From NCBI GenBank assembly GCA_946965045.2, contig OX337240.1, forward strand, positions 3,162,001 through 3,226,000: a stretch of DNA of 64,000 nt. The letters are read 5' to 3'. Made by a program: the position numbers and the translations under genes. Shown here in pieces: positions 35,176 to 47,504 of this stretch. Under the pieces are notes generated by a model, which saw only the letters and a program-made list of their open reading frames with translations, did no database searches and was not told where the DNA came from. Positions within the stretch are counted from its first letter, which is position 1, and each line of letters begins with the position of its first letter. Source of the stretch: Epithemia pelagica (lineage: Eukaryota; Protista; Bacillariophyta).

Positions 35176-38100
35176 ATGGGCCGTCCTTGTAAACCAAGGT
35201 ATTTAAGAAATAAACCTTCCGTCATCAAAGATCAATGGGTAGGCGAAGATCCAAATGCGAGTACAGGTGGTTCCATTCTTCCATGTCGTAAATGTAGAAA
35301 TTGTCATGTATTATTCCACGTCTCCGGGATCTTCCAACATGAAAAGGTTTGTAGCACCAAAAGAGAAAACGGCACTTTGGTCTCACATGCATTGGAGCAC
35401 GAATCGTCCATGATATGCCACGAAACTGCTGGTGTCGAGAACAACACCTCTCATGATAAAGATCAGGGAAATCATTTAGAAAATGGAGGAACCGATGATA
35501 GTGCTGTAGGGATTTCAGAAAATGGAGTAACCGACGATGGTGCTGTAGGGATACCCTGGGCGGACAATCGAGAAGATGAGGAAAGAGAGGATCTGCAACC
35601 CACTACACAAAAACAACCCATCGTGAGACAGCCATGTCGGAATAGTACAAATATTGCTCATTCCTTGCTGTCATCTGAGAATGAGGAAGAATCAGATGAG
35701 GACCAAGAAGAGGGACCATCAGCAGATCATGATGATGGGCTCCAACAAAATGTCGATGACAATGAGGATGTCCAAGGCAAAGGTTCATCCAGTGATGACC
35801 ATGTTATCGATGAAAACTCAAAAGACAATCCTTTGGAATTTCCAGTGTATCTTGAACAAAATGGACTCCGATTTTCCGAAGATGACAAGGCTTTATTGAG
35901 GTTGGCCATACTCCTCCAGAATGCTGGGTGTCCGAAGTTCATGTTCGATGCCATTTTGGCATGGATTGATTATACTAACGAGTGTTGTGGCTCACGTTTT
36001 TTCAATAAAAAACATCCACGGCGAAAGGGATTCATGGCGAAATTCGAAAAAAGAGGTTTCGATTTCCCCAAACCAAAGATTGTCACCGTCCCAATGGAAG
36101 TTACAACCAAAAAGGATATAATCGTTCCAGACAGTGAGAAGTCCGTTGATACCGTTATATTTGATTTTGTGCATCAACTTCGACGTGTCTTGCAAGATCC
36201 TGAAGCCACTTCCAAGGATAAAACAATATTATGTGATGACGACCCGTATCGCCCTTATACACCGAATAAATGTCTCAAAAACATACAAGATGGCCATGTT
36301 TTCCAACGTACCGTACGGAAATACAGACATGACAACGATACTTTCGTTGTTGGTTTATTGTCTTATATGGATAAGACACACGCGACAGGGGATGGTCGCT
36401 TTAATGCGGAACCAGTTGTTATGGTACCTTCATTTTTGACGATGTCTGAAATGCGAAAACCGAATAGACAAATCATCTTAGGGTTGATCACAGATATGGA
36501 ACGGAAGTCATCTGCGGCCAAATACATCTTGGATAGGGGGTCCCCCTGTCGGAATTATCATGCACAGCTCTCGCGAATACACCAAGCTCTTTTGAAGATA
36601 CAGAATCGAGGTGGATTGTGGATGCGATTACGGATCCATGGGATCGAGAAGGTGGTGAGATTAGTGTTACCCGTGATCATGATAAAGGGAGATGCGAAGT
36701 CACAAGATAACATCGCAGGACGATATGCATCTCATCATCAAAGTGTTGGCCGGCTTGTTTGGCAGTGTGATTGCACACCTCGGGAGTCTAGATACCCATG
36801 GTCCACATGCAACTACCTCTTCAAAAACCCTATTCATTTCAGAAGCCTCCGTGTGCTTGGTTTAGATAAACCATCAGGAAACCCAATAGTTATCGATTCT
36901 GGACAACCCGGCATAGATGATCCGAGAGAGGATCCTTGGAGAGAACCTGTGAACAATTCCAAGAAAATTTTACATCAGATTGGACAATACCCAGTGAACA
37001 ACATCTACAACCATTTGTATTTGGGTGAGGGTGTTAATAAAACACATGGGATTTTTACCGCGGCATGTTGTGATGTATTACATACTTTGAAATCGGGGAT
37101 CATGAAATATATCATGACTGATTTCTTTGCTCTGATGACAATGAGAGAAAAAGCCATGTTTGATTTCTTGTACAGCTCTTTCTTCCAAGCCAACCGGCAG
37201 TCGGTATTCTCTTATTCTTCTAGTTGGGGGTACCCCAGAACATCCTTCTCTGCAGGTATCAGTAATGTTACAAAGGTAACAGCCAATGAATGGGTTGGTA
37301 TTATGTTTGTCTCAGCCGCTTTGTGTGTTTCTGTTCGTGGTCATCTTATTTTCGCTTCGACTATGGCGGAGAAATGGAAAAAAGTAGTTGCAGAGTGGAA
37401 ACAATGGTGTAAAGAAGAAGAAGAGAGACGAAAGAAAAAGGAAGAAGAGAAAGAACGGAAGAGAAAGAAAAATGAATTAGAAAAAAAAAGAAAAAACGAC
37501 AACGAATGGGCGCTGGACAAAACAACGTATCCACTACCAACAATAAACGTCAACGACAATCGAAAAAAAACCCGGTTGTACACCACAGTATCGCTGATGC
37601 TTCATCCGATTCGGATGAGAATGACTCACCTGTGGATGATAGTAACGAAGAAATAACCACAAATATCAACGACAATCTGCCCGTTCATGTACAGGAAAAT
37701 GAAGATTACCAATATTGTGAACCTGACATTGAGGTACAGGTTACGAGCGAAACAGTATTCGACGATGACCCTGTGGCATATGCATCGATCTGGGATGAAG
37801 GTGAACGGGAACCATATCTGGATTTCCTCTTCCTGTTTGAGACAATACTCTGTTTCAACAGCTGGACAAGGATGGATAGATTTTGGGATAGCGACCCACG
37901 TTCTCCTGCCGCGAAGGAAACAGCGCGACGATCAGTTGAATCTGTCAAGATAATGATGGATGGTATACGGCGGTATGCACCACGATTGGATAAAAAAGGG
38001 AAACTGATGTGCAATGGTTGGATGATCCCAAAATACCACAACTTGGTACATATAGTTCGACAGGTGTCCAATTTCGGCCCAGTTAAAATATCCGACACTG

Positions 38101-39305
38101 AATCAGAGGAGAGTAACCACAAAGAAATTGTCAAACTGAATGCCAAAACAGTACAAAAGCGGGGTAAGGGTGTCTTCGACAGTCAACTTGGTGATAACAT
38201 ATGGCAGATGCAGGCATGGGATCTGCTCTGTAAAGCATCAGGGATCAAACAAGATGACGTGGAGCTACTAAAAAATGGTCAATCTCCAACCATTGTGGCA
38301 AGGAAAAAAAGAAGTCAAGTGTATCATAGTCATGAGAATGATGACGAGGACGGTGAAGAAGATAGATGTAAATTCAAGGGGCGAGGGACAACAATACAAA
38401 TCCAATTGGTCAGATCTGGACGGACAGAGAGCCCCGTGGTCAAGTGTACTTACAAGTATATTTCGAAAACAAATACCGGTATGATCCTCCCAAAAGTAAT
38501 CCTTGACTTCCTGGTGAAACATGCAAGTGCACTCTTCACACAAATGAATATTATACAACAGAATGACACAAGTGATTACATCATGATCCATGGGTGTACA
38601 GAGGTCAAATTCAGGGACGAAAACATAGGTGGTATCCGATGTCATCCTAATTACCAAAGTGAGGGTCCTTGGAGAGACTGGGTGAAAGCATGGATCCCAC
38701 GACACCAGCGAACACCATTCACTGACACTGCAACAGGTAATCAGGGAACAGACAATATCTTGGTACTCTGTCAGGTTTTATGCTTCATACGCAGACCATG
38801 GGAACAACGGGAAAGTGCTGGTCACATGCAAGAACAGGGAAATGATGCTCGTACATCAAGAATCCACCAAGAAAAACCGAGAGATGTCACACATGCTTTA
38901 CTACGAACCACTTATCGTCGTAGTGACAAGGATAAAGAGAAGTCCTCCGTCCTTTTCATTCGATGGAGCAAGGCCTTTACCCGGAATTCCCGTGTTCCCG
39001 ATCTTGTATTGGTTCCTATCACCAATATAGTTGAATTGGTAGGAGTGATCGATGAAAACCCGGAAATGATCCAACACCGAGATAAGGTACCGGAATACCT
39101 GCATTCTGATGCGGAAAGAGAAATATTGCTTGAATATACTCGGAATCACAGGAACTATTCCGATATTGTATGGGAGGTACTTCCTGCCAGTAAATGGGCC
39201 AATGAGTTCAATGACTCAGCAAGTGATTCGTTGAGAGCAAGATATACATCATCATCAGATCCTTCACAAACAACAACAACAGATCGTAACACTGCTGGAT
39301 CATGA
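35176..39305 (+). CDS. Plavaka-type (CACTA-like) transposase, split by a -1 frame change at the A9 run 37481-37489
   Basis: LLSYMDKTH, RNYHAQL, LPVIMIKGDAKSQDNIAGRY, WQCDC, CCDVLHTLKSGIMKY, PKYHNLVHIVRQVSNFGP..DTESEESNHKEIVK, CHPNYQSEGPWRDWV. Confidence 0.8.
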
Positions 39306-39701
39306 AGGTGTCAGTGAAAGTCGTTCTGTATAACCAATAAGGGGGTGGGTGGGGGTGGGGGTGGGGGTGTGTTTCCAACCACCAACAAAGGTCATGGGGG
39401 ATGTCCGAGTGGTATCCGTAATATTTATTTCAGAGAAGTGGTCCCAATAATATACTCCCCAACATGTCGGAGTGGTACTCCGTTTATTAAAAAGAGTAAC
39501 ACGTGATGAGGGATAGTATGAGATAGATGTCCATGTGGTATCCACAAACGGCAGCCGACCCATTATTCTTCATAAAAAAACAAACACATCTTAGTAGAAG
39601 TCTCGTCTCTTCTTTTTCTTGAATGTGATAGGTTCATTCTGTTTGATCATCAAGTAATCATTTTTACACAAGCGGTGAGATAAAACTCTCTGGCTTACGC
39701 A

Positions 39702-40742
39702 ATGTTGAGCAATCCATACAAAAAACCACGCACCATGACGAACCCATACAACAAACGCCGAAAACCACAAAGTACCAAACCACAAAACAAGGGGGTACTT
39801 AGTGAAAGCCGTGGAAACAATCTTCATCCAGAAGAAACCCAGTTCCAAAATGACGGCGACATCACATTTCTCGAGGATTTATTTCAATTGAGAGAAGAGA
39901 AATTCCAGAAAGAGAATAAAGGACATCACAAAAATAACAACAGCAACCACGTCGGCGAATTGGTACCACGAGTAGTAGATGACAGCTCTCCTGAACCAGG
40001 TATATCCGTCGAAGGGCATCACGAGAAAACAGAGCAGCCAAAGAAAACAGAGACTCCTGGTAACGTTGTTGTACCACCATCCATTCCCGATACAACTATC
40101 GTTCCTCATACTAATCCCAAGAAAACGGTCATTCGCAATCCATATGCGGTCAAAAGCCGTATCATTGACCCCTCTGTGGTCACTGCGAAATTTAAGACAA
40201 TACCATTGGCTCCAGAATCACCGAGTTATTCTGATCGAGTTGGTGACCGAGATGCAGACTTTCACCCTGAAGTGGTTAAGTTCACCAGACTTACCAACGA
40301 GGTATTGGGTTCTACAGAGAATATAGCAGATGCCATTTGTCCAGTTTGTTTGTTTCAAGATAACCCAACAACCGATCGGTATTTAACAGGAAAATTCTGG
40401 CATCCTTTTGGTACTACTCACCGGTGCCGTGACCATTGTTACGGTTGTGGGGTACATTGTGATGTATGCAAAACAGGTGGCAATGAATACAAATGCCGGC
40501 AATGCATTTTCGACCACGATGGGAAACTCCATGATAAACTTGTGGATCGCACATGTACTTATATTCCAATCGTATGTAAGGGTTGCCTCCGACCATGCAA
40601 TTCAATGGCTATGAACTCGTGTATCACGGACCAAAAGTCTTGTTGCAGACCATACCAGTGTCGCGTTGTCGATGTCTCAAACTTCCATGGACATGGAGCA
40701 AAGACACCCTTCTATAACTTGAATCGCTCCAAATTTCGGTAG
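39702..40742 (+). CDS. Cys-rich hypothetical protein whose 3' end is the first unit of the 170-bp satellite
   Basis: 346 aa; three NPY motifs; CPVC...CYGCGVHCDVC...CRQC...CKGC. Confidence 0.55.
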   Translation: MLSNPYKKPRTMTNPYNKRRKPQSTKPQNKGVLSESRGNNLHPEETQFQNDGDITFLEDLFQLREEKFQKENKGHHKNNNSNHVGELVPRVVDDSSPEPGISVEGHHEKTEQPKKTETPGNVVVPPSIPDTTIVPHTNPKKTVIRNPYAVKSRIIDPSVVTAKFKTIPLAPESPSYSDRVGDRDADFHPEVVKFTRLTNEVLGSTENIADAICPVCLFQDNPTTDRYLTGKFWHPFGTTHRCRDHCYGCGVHCDVCKTGGNEYKCRQCIFDHDGKLHDKLVDRTCTYIPIVCKGCLRPCNSMAMNSCITDQKSCCRPYQCRVVDVSNFHGHGAKTPFYNLNRSKFR

Positions 40743-43700
40743 AGACACTTGGGATATCATAGGCATGAATGTCATAGGCTCTGAACTCGTCTATCGCGGA
40801 CCAAAAGTCTTGTTGTAGACCATACCAGTGTCGCGTTTTCGATGTACCAAATTACCATGGACATGGAGCAAAGACACCCTTCTATAACTCGAAGCGCTCC
40901 AAATATTGGTAAAGACACTTGGGGTATCATAGGCATGGATGTCATAGGCTCTGAACTCGTCTATCGCGGACCAAAAGTCTTGTTGTAGACCAAACCAGTG
41001 TCGCGTTGTCGATGTCCCAAATTACCATGGACATGGAGCAAAGACACCCTTCTATAACTCGAAGCGCTCCAAATATTGGTAAAGACACTTGGGGTATCAT
41101 AGGCATGGATGTCATAGGCTCTGAACTCGTCTATCGCGGACCAAAAGTCTTGTTGTAGACCATACCAGTGTCGCGTTGTCGATGTCCCAAATTACCATGG
41201 ACATGGAGCAAAGACACCCTTCTATAACTTGAATCCCTCGAAATAATGGTAGAGACACTTGGGGTATCATAGGCATGGACGTCAATGGCTCTGAATTCGT
41301 GTATCGCGGACCAAAAGTCTTGTTGTAGACCATACCACTGTCGCGTTGACGATGTCCCAAATTACCATGGACATGGAGCAAAGACACCCTTCTATAACTT
41401 GAATCGCTCCAAATATTGGTAGAGACACTTGGGGTATCATAGGCATGTATGTCATAGGCTCTGAACTCGTGTATCGCAGACCAAAAGTCTTGTTGTAGAC
41501 CATACCAGTGTCGCGTTGTAGATGTACCGAACTTCCATGGACATGGAGCAAAGACACCCTTCTATAACTTGAATCGCTCCAAATATTGGTAGAGACACTT
41601 GGGATATCATAGGCATGGATGTCATAGGCTCTGAACTCGTCTATCGCGGACCAAAAGTCTTGTTGTAGACCATACCAGTGTCGCGTTGTCGATGTCCCAA
41701 ACTTCCATGGACATGGAGCAAAGACACCCTTCTATAACTTGAATCCCTCGAAATAATGGTAGAGACACTTGGGGTATCATAGGTATGGACGTCAATGGCT
41801 CTGAACTCGTGTATCGCGGACCAAAAGTCTTGTTGTAGACCATACCAGTGTCGTGTTGTCGATGTTCCAAATTACCATGGACATGAAGCAAAGACACCCT
41901 TCTATAACTTGAAGCGCTCCAAATATTGGTAGACACACTTGGGGTATCATATGCATGTATGTCATAGGCTCTGAACTCGTGTATCGCAGACCAAAAGTCT
42001 TGTTGTAGACCATACCAGTGTCGCGTTGTAGATGTACCGAACTTCCATGGACATGGAGCAAAGACACCCTTCTATCACTTTAATCGCTCCAAATATTGGT
42101 AGAGACACTCGGGATATCATAGGCATGAATGTCATAGGCTCTGAACTCGTCTATCGCGGACCAAAGGTCTTGTTGTAGACCATACCAGTGCCGCGCTGTA
42201 GATGTACCGAACTTCCATGGACATGGAGCAAAGACACCCTTCTATAACTTGAATCGCTCCAAATTTCGGTAGAGACACTTGGGATATCATAGGCATGAAT
42301 GTCATAGGCTCTGAACTCGTCTATCGCGGACCAAAAGTCTTGTTGTAGACCATACCAGTGTCGCGTTTTCGATGTCCCAAACTTCCATGGACATGGAGCA
42401 AAGACACCCTTCTATAACTTGAATCCCTCGAAATAATGGTAGAGACACTTGGGGTATCATAGGTATGGACGTCAATGGCTCTGAACTCGTGTATCGCGGA
42501 CCAAAAGTCTTGTTGTAGACCATACCAGTGTCGTGTTGTCGATGTTCCAAATTACCATGGACATGAAGCAAAGACACCCTTCTATAACTTGAAGCGCTCC
42601 AAATATTGGTAGACACACTTGGGGTATCATATGCATGTATGTCATAGGCTCTGAACTCGTGTATCGCAGACCAAAAGTCTTGTTGTAGACCATACCAGTG
42701 TCGCGTTGTAGATGTACCGAACTTCCATGGACATGGAGCAAAGACACCCTTCTATCACTTTAATCGCTCCAAATATTGGTAGAGACACTCGGGATATCAT
42801 AGGCATGAATGTCATAGGCTCTGAACTCGTCTATCGCGGACCAAAGGTCTTGTTGTAGACCATACCAGTGCCGCGCTGTAGATGTACCGAACTTCCATGG
42901 ACATGGAGCAAAGACACCCTTCTATAACTTGAATCGCTCCAAATATTGGTAGAGACACTTAGGATATCATAGGCATGAATGTCATAGGCTCTGAACTCGT
43001 GTATCGCGGACCAAAAGTCTTGTTGTAGACCATACCAGTGTCGCGTTGTCGATGTCCCAAACTTCCATGGACATGGAGCAAAGACACCCTTCTATAACTT
43101 GAATCGCTCCAAATTTCGGTAGAGACACTTGGGATATCATAGGCATGAATGTCATAGGCTCTGAACTCGTGTATCGCGGACCAAAAGTCTTGTTGTAGAC
43201 CAAACCAGTGTCGCGTTTTCGATGTCCCAAATTACCATGGACATGGAGCAAAGACACCCTTCTATAACTTGAATCGCTCCAAATATTGGTAGAGACACTT
43301 GGGGTATCATAGGCATGGACGTCATAGGCTCTAAACTCGTCTATCGCGGACCAAAAGTCTTGTTGTAGACCATACCAGTGTCGTGTTGTCGTTGTTCCAA
43401 ACTTCCATGGACATGGAGCAAAGACACCCTTCTATAACTTGAAGCGCTCCAAATATTGGTAGAGACACTTGGGGTATTATAGGAATGGACGTCATAGGCT
43501 CTGAACGCGTGTACCATGGACCAAAAGTTTTGTAGTAGACCATACTGGTGTGGTGTTGCCGTTGTACCAAACTTCCATGTACATGGAGCAAAGTCACCCT
43601 TCTATAACTTGAATCGCTCCAAATTTCAATAGAGACACTTGGGGTATCATAGGAATGGATGTCATAGTCTTTGATCTCGTCTATCGCGGACCAAAAGTCT

Positions 43701-44290
43701 CGTTGTAGGCCATACCAGTATCGCGTTTTCGTTGTCTCAACCTTCCATGAGGGGTATGGAGCAACAACACCCTTCTATGACTTGAAGCGCTCCAAAATTC
43801 GGTACAGACACTTGCGGTATCATAGGCACGGACGTCATAGGCGCTGAACTCGTCTATCATTGACGTAAATTATTGTTGTAGACCACACCGGTGCGGTGTT
43901 GTCGTCGTCCCAATCTTCCATAGATTTTTTGGAACAAAGACATTTTTCTTTTCATCTAATCGACCCAGGTCTTGGTACATATCCTCGGGACATCATAGCC
44001 ATGTGTACCATAGGCTCTGATCTCATGTGCCGTCAAGACAAAGGCTTGCAATAGATTAGATCGGTTTGGCGTTGTCGTCGTGCCAAAATTGTATGGACAT
44101 GGAGCAAAGAGATCCTTCTCTTCATGGAATCGGTCCAGATTTTGGAAGAGACCCATAGTGTCTCATTTTTATGGATACCATAGGATCTGATCTCGTGATC
44201 AGATACGAGAAAGGCTTGCAATAGACCATACCGATATAGCGTTGGCCTTGACATCGTCCAAAAATTTCGTACGCTCATTTCATCCTCCAT
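40627..44290. repeat. 170-bp tandem satellite: 19 in-register unit starts (40627-43687) followed by about 3 degenerate units
   Basis: cg(g/c)accaaa(a/g)gtcttgttgtagaccataccagtgtcgcgttg... recurs every 170 bp; 4-unit (680-bp) higher-order duplication 41622-42301 / 42302-42981. Confidence 0.95.
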
Positions 44291-44479
44291 TGATTCGTAT
44301 GACAAAGCAAACAAGACTCAGAAATTCTTAGCGTTATTTGAATTTTTCCCCATAAAAACGATAAGAATTGAGAGATAGTCAGGATCAGTTGTTTTCTCTG
44401 AAGTACATCTTCTTCCAACCGCAAACAGAAATCCTCGTACCATTACTCTTCAAGAAGACCGTTCGATATCGTATAAAAG

Positions 44480-45355
44480 ATGGAAGACTCGTCTTGGTTG
44501 AATACTGTTGCAATATGGAATCTCATCTCGAATACAAGATTTGATGTTGAAACTTCGTTTTGTCTTCGTAGCAGCGATAGGAATGTTGTTCTCACTGAAG
44601 ATGTTGCAGCGGCAGCCGAAGGAATCAAAAACGAATTCAAGGATCTTGTAGACAAGATTATTAATCACGAGGGACGACTTGATGTGATTTCCATTATGAA
44701 TGGTAATCAAGAGGGATATACAGAAGAGCACCAGTGTCAGATGGGCACATGGGCAGACAGACCGGAATTCCTTGACGGACCCTTCATCTGGAAACAAAAC
44801 TTCCTCGAGACATGTCTTGTTTGCGGTAAATTCACCTGTAATCAACGGGCAACAATATACACATGCAAACATTGTTTCCGTCCTTTACAAGTACCTGGGT
44901 CGTCTTCATCTTGTGATACCACTTGTGCAAAGACTCCCTGTACTTCATCCATGAACATGTCCTTCGTATGGGAGTTCTGTATGACTTTAAGAGAGGCATT
45001 CCAAGCGTGGTTAGACTTCCACAAGTTTGGAAAAAACAGAAAGATTCCCTTTTTTGAATATATCCCAGCCGAAACTTGTGGCATCTTGACAAAAACGGTC
45101 GGTAAAGTATGGAGAGAAAAATTGGAGCCTTATTACGACGAGGATACCAAGTGGCGTAGTCCATCTCATTTCATTCACACCGAGAAACAATGGGCATTGT
45201 GGCTGATTTCTTCACCACCTGGTTGCTCTTTTCGCAACTATATGCCTATTTTTACTGCATGTTATCACATAGCACAGGAAAATCCAAAGAAACACGCTGC
45301 TGGTGTACCACACCAGAGTGCTCGTAAGAAGCAAAAGACGTGGAATGCTCCTTGA
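44480..45355 (+). CDS. Hypothetical protein with CxxC clusters (Plavaka cargo)
   Basis: 291 aa; CLVCGKFTC...CKHC...CDTTC; convergent with the TET-like gene. Confidence 0.5.
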   Translation: MEDSSWLNTVAIWNLISNTRFDVETSFCLRSSDRNVVLTEDVAAAAEGIKNEFKDLVDKIINHEGRLDVISIMNGNQEGYTEEHQCQMGTWADRPEFLDGPFIWKQNFLETCLVCGKFTCNQRATIYTCKHCFRPLQVPGSSSSCDTTCAKTPCTSSMNMSFVWEFCMTLREAFQAWLDFHKFGKNRKIPFFEYIPAETCGILTKTVGKVWREKLEPYYDEDTKWRSPSHFIHTEKQWALWLISSPPGCSFRNYMPIFTACYHIAQENPKKHAAGVPHQSARKKQKTWNAP

Positions 45356-45394
45356 ATTTGTTTTTCCTTGGTGATGAATGCATCCAGAAAGAAT

Positions 45395-47383
45395 TTATAA
45401 TATTCCGCTACGAATGCCTTGAACCGTTTTGGTTATACCATGGTCCTCTCTTGTTTCGTTGACAGTTGCATTCATAGACCTGGAACTTACTGCCCAAAAC
45501 CAACTAATAGTGTCGTTCTTCATGTTCCCATCTGTATGTTGTCTTTGTGTGTGTATTGACGTTCCATGCCGGATCACACGTCCATCCCATAGAACCGAAA
45601 CCCCATGAAATAGTTGTATACAAAGACCATGGTATGTAGTACCATCATACTCCACAAGAATATTCGGCAAAACAAAGAACCAATTTTGGGAGTCACCTGG
45701 GATTGTCTCTGTCCAGATTGCGAATGAAACAGAACCATCGTGAACATCATAGTGTGTCGTGTTCATGAGGTTCAAACTCAGGGTAATGGCTGAGGTCATA
45801 CCTCCGACTCTTCCTCCGAATTCACTAGGCATTTCTTCGCCAGCTGAATCTTCTAGATACCGGAATGTTGGAATCACCCCAGGATATTCGCGTTCACAGA
45901 ACCTTTTTGCCGCTGTACTTATTTTCGGCAGTATCATCGATAATGTCTTGTCCTTTGTAAATAATTTCTCGGAAACGAAAGTAGAACCGTTTCCTCTTGC
46001 CGCAGTATTACCAACAGTAGTCATAGATCCTAAGTCTCCCTTATTACATCTGGCATTGGCCGCCTTTCTCAGAGACCCAGTACGTGTAAATTCCCTTGCT
46101 CTGTGGTGTAATAGGTCCAACAACGTCTGGTCTTTCCGTAACAGGGATGTCACTCGAATGTAACTAAGTGACTCTGGTCTCCCATCATTTCGGCGTGTCC
46201 GAACAATGAAAGTAATGTTTCCCCGAATACGATGGTCGTATACCAGTGGCCTTGGGTGTGTACCGGACGACATTTGCAACCATAGGTTTCGATGCAAAGC
46301 ACCACTAACATATCTCCGACTCCCTTTCTTATCTGAGTCATTCCTGTTTATAATCAGCCTTGTTCGATATTGTTCCCGTGACATGTGATGTGTCATCGAC
46401 TGTTTATTCCCTGGCTTTTCGATCTTTCCCTTGTCATCGAGGTACACGTCAGGAGGTAAAAGTGGGCTCCCATCCTCCACATCTGACCATTGGTAACATT
46501 CCTTCACAGTTTTGTCATTATTAGTAAGATGTTCACCCCAATCTAGACTCCAACAACGATGAATTTTTTTCAAGAATGCATTACTTGCAGGTTGGCCATC
46601 TTTGTGTCGCAGACGTAACCAAGACAACGGTAGTGGGACTGATGACGATGTGATGTTGGACGACCTTGATAGTTCTTGAAATTGACGCACACATGTATAA
46701 AAAACCCCAGCCAAAGGGAAGAGGATAATGATATCTCTGAAGAGGTGATCATTTTTGTCAAGACATAAATTTTTGTTAGTCCGAATCATCATGACAGGAT
46801 CTTCGAATATAGAGGACGACACATGTGTTGTCTTTTTCCTGATTTCTCTATATCTTGTCCTCGACAAGGTACATTCCAATATGAATGCATTGTGGATCGT
46901 TTTAGTTACAAGACCCACCGGGATTTGAGTTACAATCATAGGACAACATTCTGGTATAATGTTCGAATGACTGACAACGTCATCTCTTGTCTCCACAACA
47001 TCATCCATAGCCTTGTTGTATATTTCTGGGATACGTGCAAAGACACTCGGGATATCTTTCATATCGACCTTCCGTTGTATCATCTCTTTTTCGAACGACA
47101 AACCAAAACAATCTTGATCGTCGTAACTTCCAAAGCAACGCTGCAGTAGATGCGATAGCATCCTTATTCGATCGATGTCCTTGTCCAAGACAAAGTAGCA
47201 CATTCTTTCGTGTGCACTTTCGTTCCGATGCGACATGGCGACCACTGTTTCACTTATACGTTGCGTTTTCTTCTTTTCGTACTTGGCATATGTCTCCTGT
47301 GTACATGTGAGTCTCGAAATCGTCTGATCCGATGCCATATCTTCGAAAGTGGGACGAATATGTTTCTTCTTTATGGATGTCAC
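45395..47383 (-). CDS. TET/JBP-like 2OG-Fe(II) dioxygenase
   Basis: KGDLGSMTTVG; LNLMNTTHYDVHDGSVSFAIW (HxDxxD); NWFFVLPN; LFHGVSVLWDGRVIRHGTS (distal His). Confidence 0.7.
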   Translation of the reverse strand: MTSIKKKHIRPTFEDMASDQTISRLTCTQETYAKYEKKKTQRISETVVAMSHRNESAHERMCYFVLDKDIDRIRMLSHLLQRCFGSYDDQDCFGLSFEKEMIQRKVDMKDIPSVFARIPEIYNKAMDDVVETRDDVVSHSNIIPECCPMIVTQIPVGLVTKTIHNAFILECTLSRTRYREIRKKTTHVSSSIFEDPVMMIRTNKNLCLDKNDHLFRDIIILFPLAGVFYTCVRQFQELSRSSNITSSSVPLPLSWLRLRHKDGQPASNAFLKKIHRCWSLDWGEHLTNNDKTVKECYQWSDVEDGSPLLPPDVYLDDKGKIEKPGNKQSMTHHMSREQYRTRLIINRNDSDKKGSRRYVSGALHRNLWLQMSSGTHPRPLVYDHRIRGNITFIVRTRRNDGRPESLSYIRVTSLLRKDQTLLDLLHHRAREFTRTGSLRKAANARCNKGDLGSMTTVGNTAARGNGSTFVSEKLFTKDKTLSMILPKISTAAKRFCEREYPGVIPTFRYLEDSAGEEMPSEFGGRVGGMTSAITLSLNLMNTTHYDVHDGSVSFAIWTETIPGDSQNWFFVLPNILVEYDGTTYHGLCIQLFHGVSVLWDGRVIRHGTSIHTQRQHTDGNMKNDTISWFWAVSSRSMNATVNETREDHGITKTVQGIRSGIL

Positions 47384-47504
47384 CTCCGCTCTAGGATGTG
47401 TGCTTGTCGTTTCCGAACTTCTTGTAGTACAAAGACATAGTTAGTACGCGGATAGAAATGCCAAATACCTGAAACTAGAATGTCTCTTCTTTTGATCGAG
47501 AGTA

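Noticed and set aside
41112-43597. 91-104-aa ORFs in the 170-bp array
   Set aside because: The period is not a multiple of 3, so the ORFs are by-products of frame cycling.
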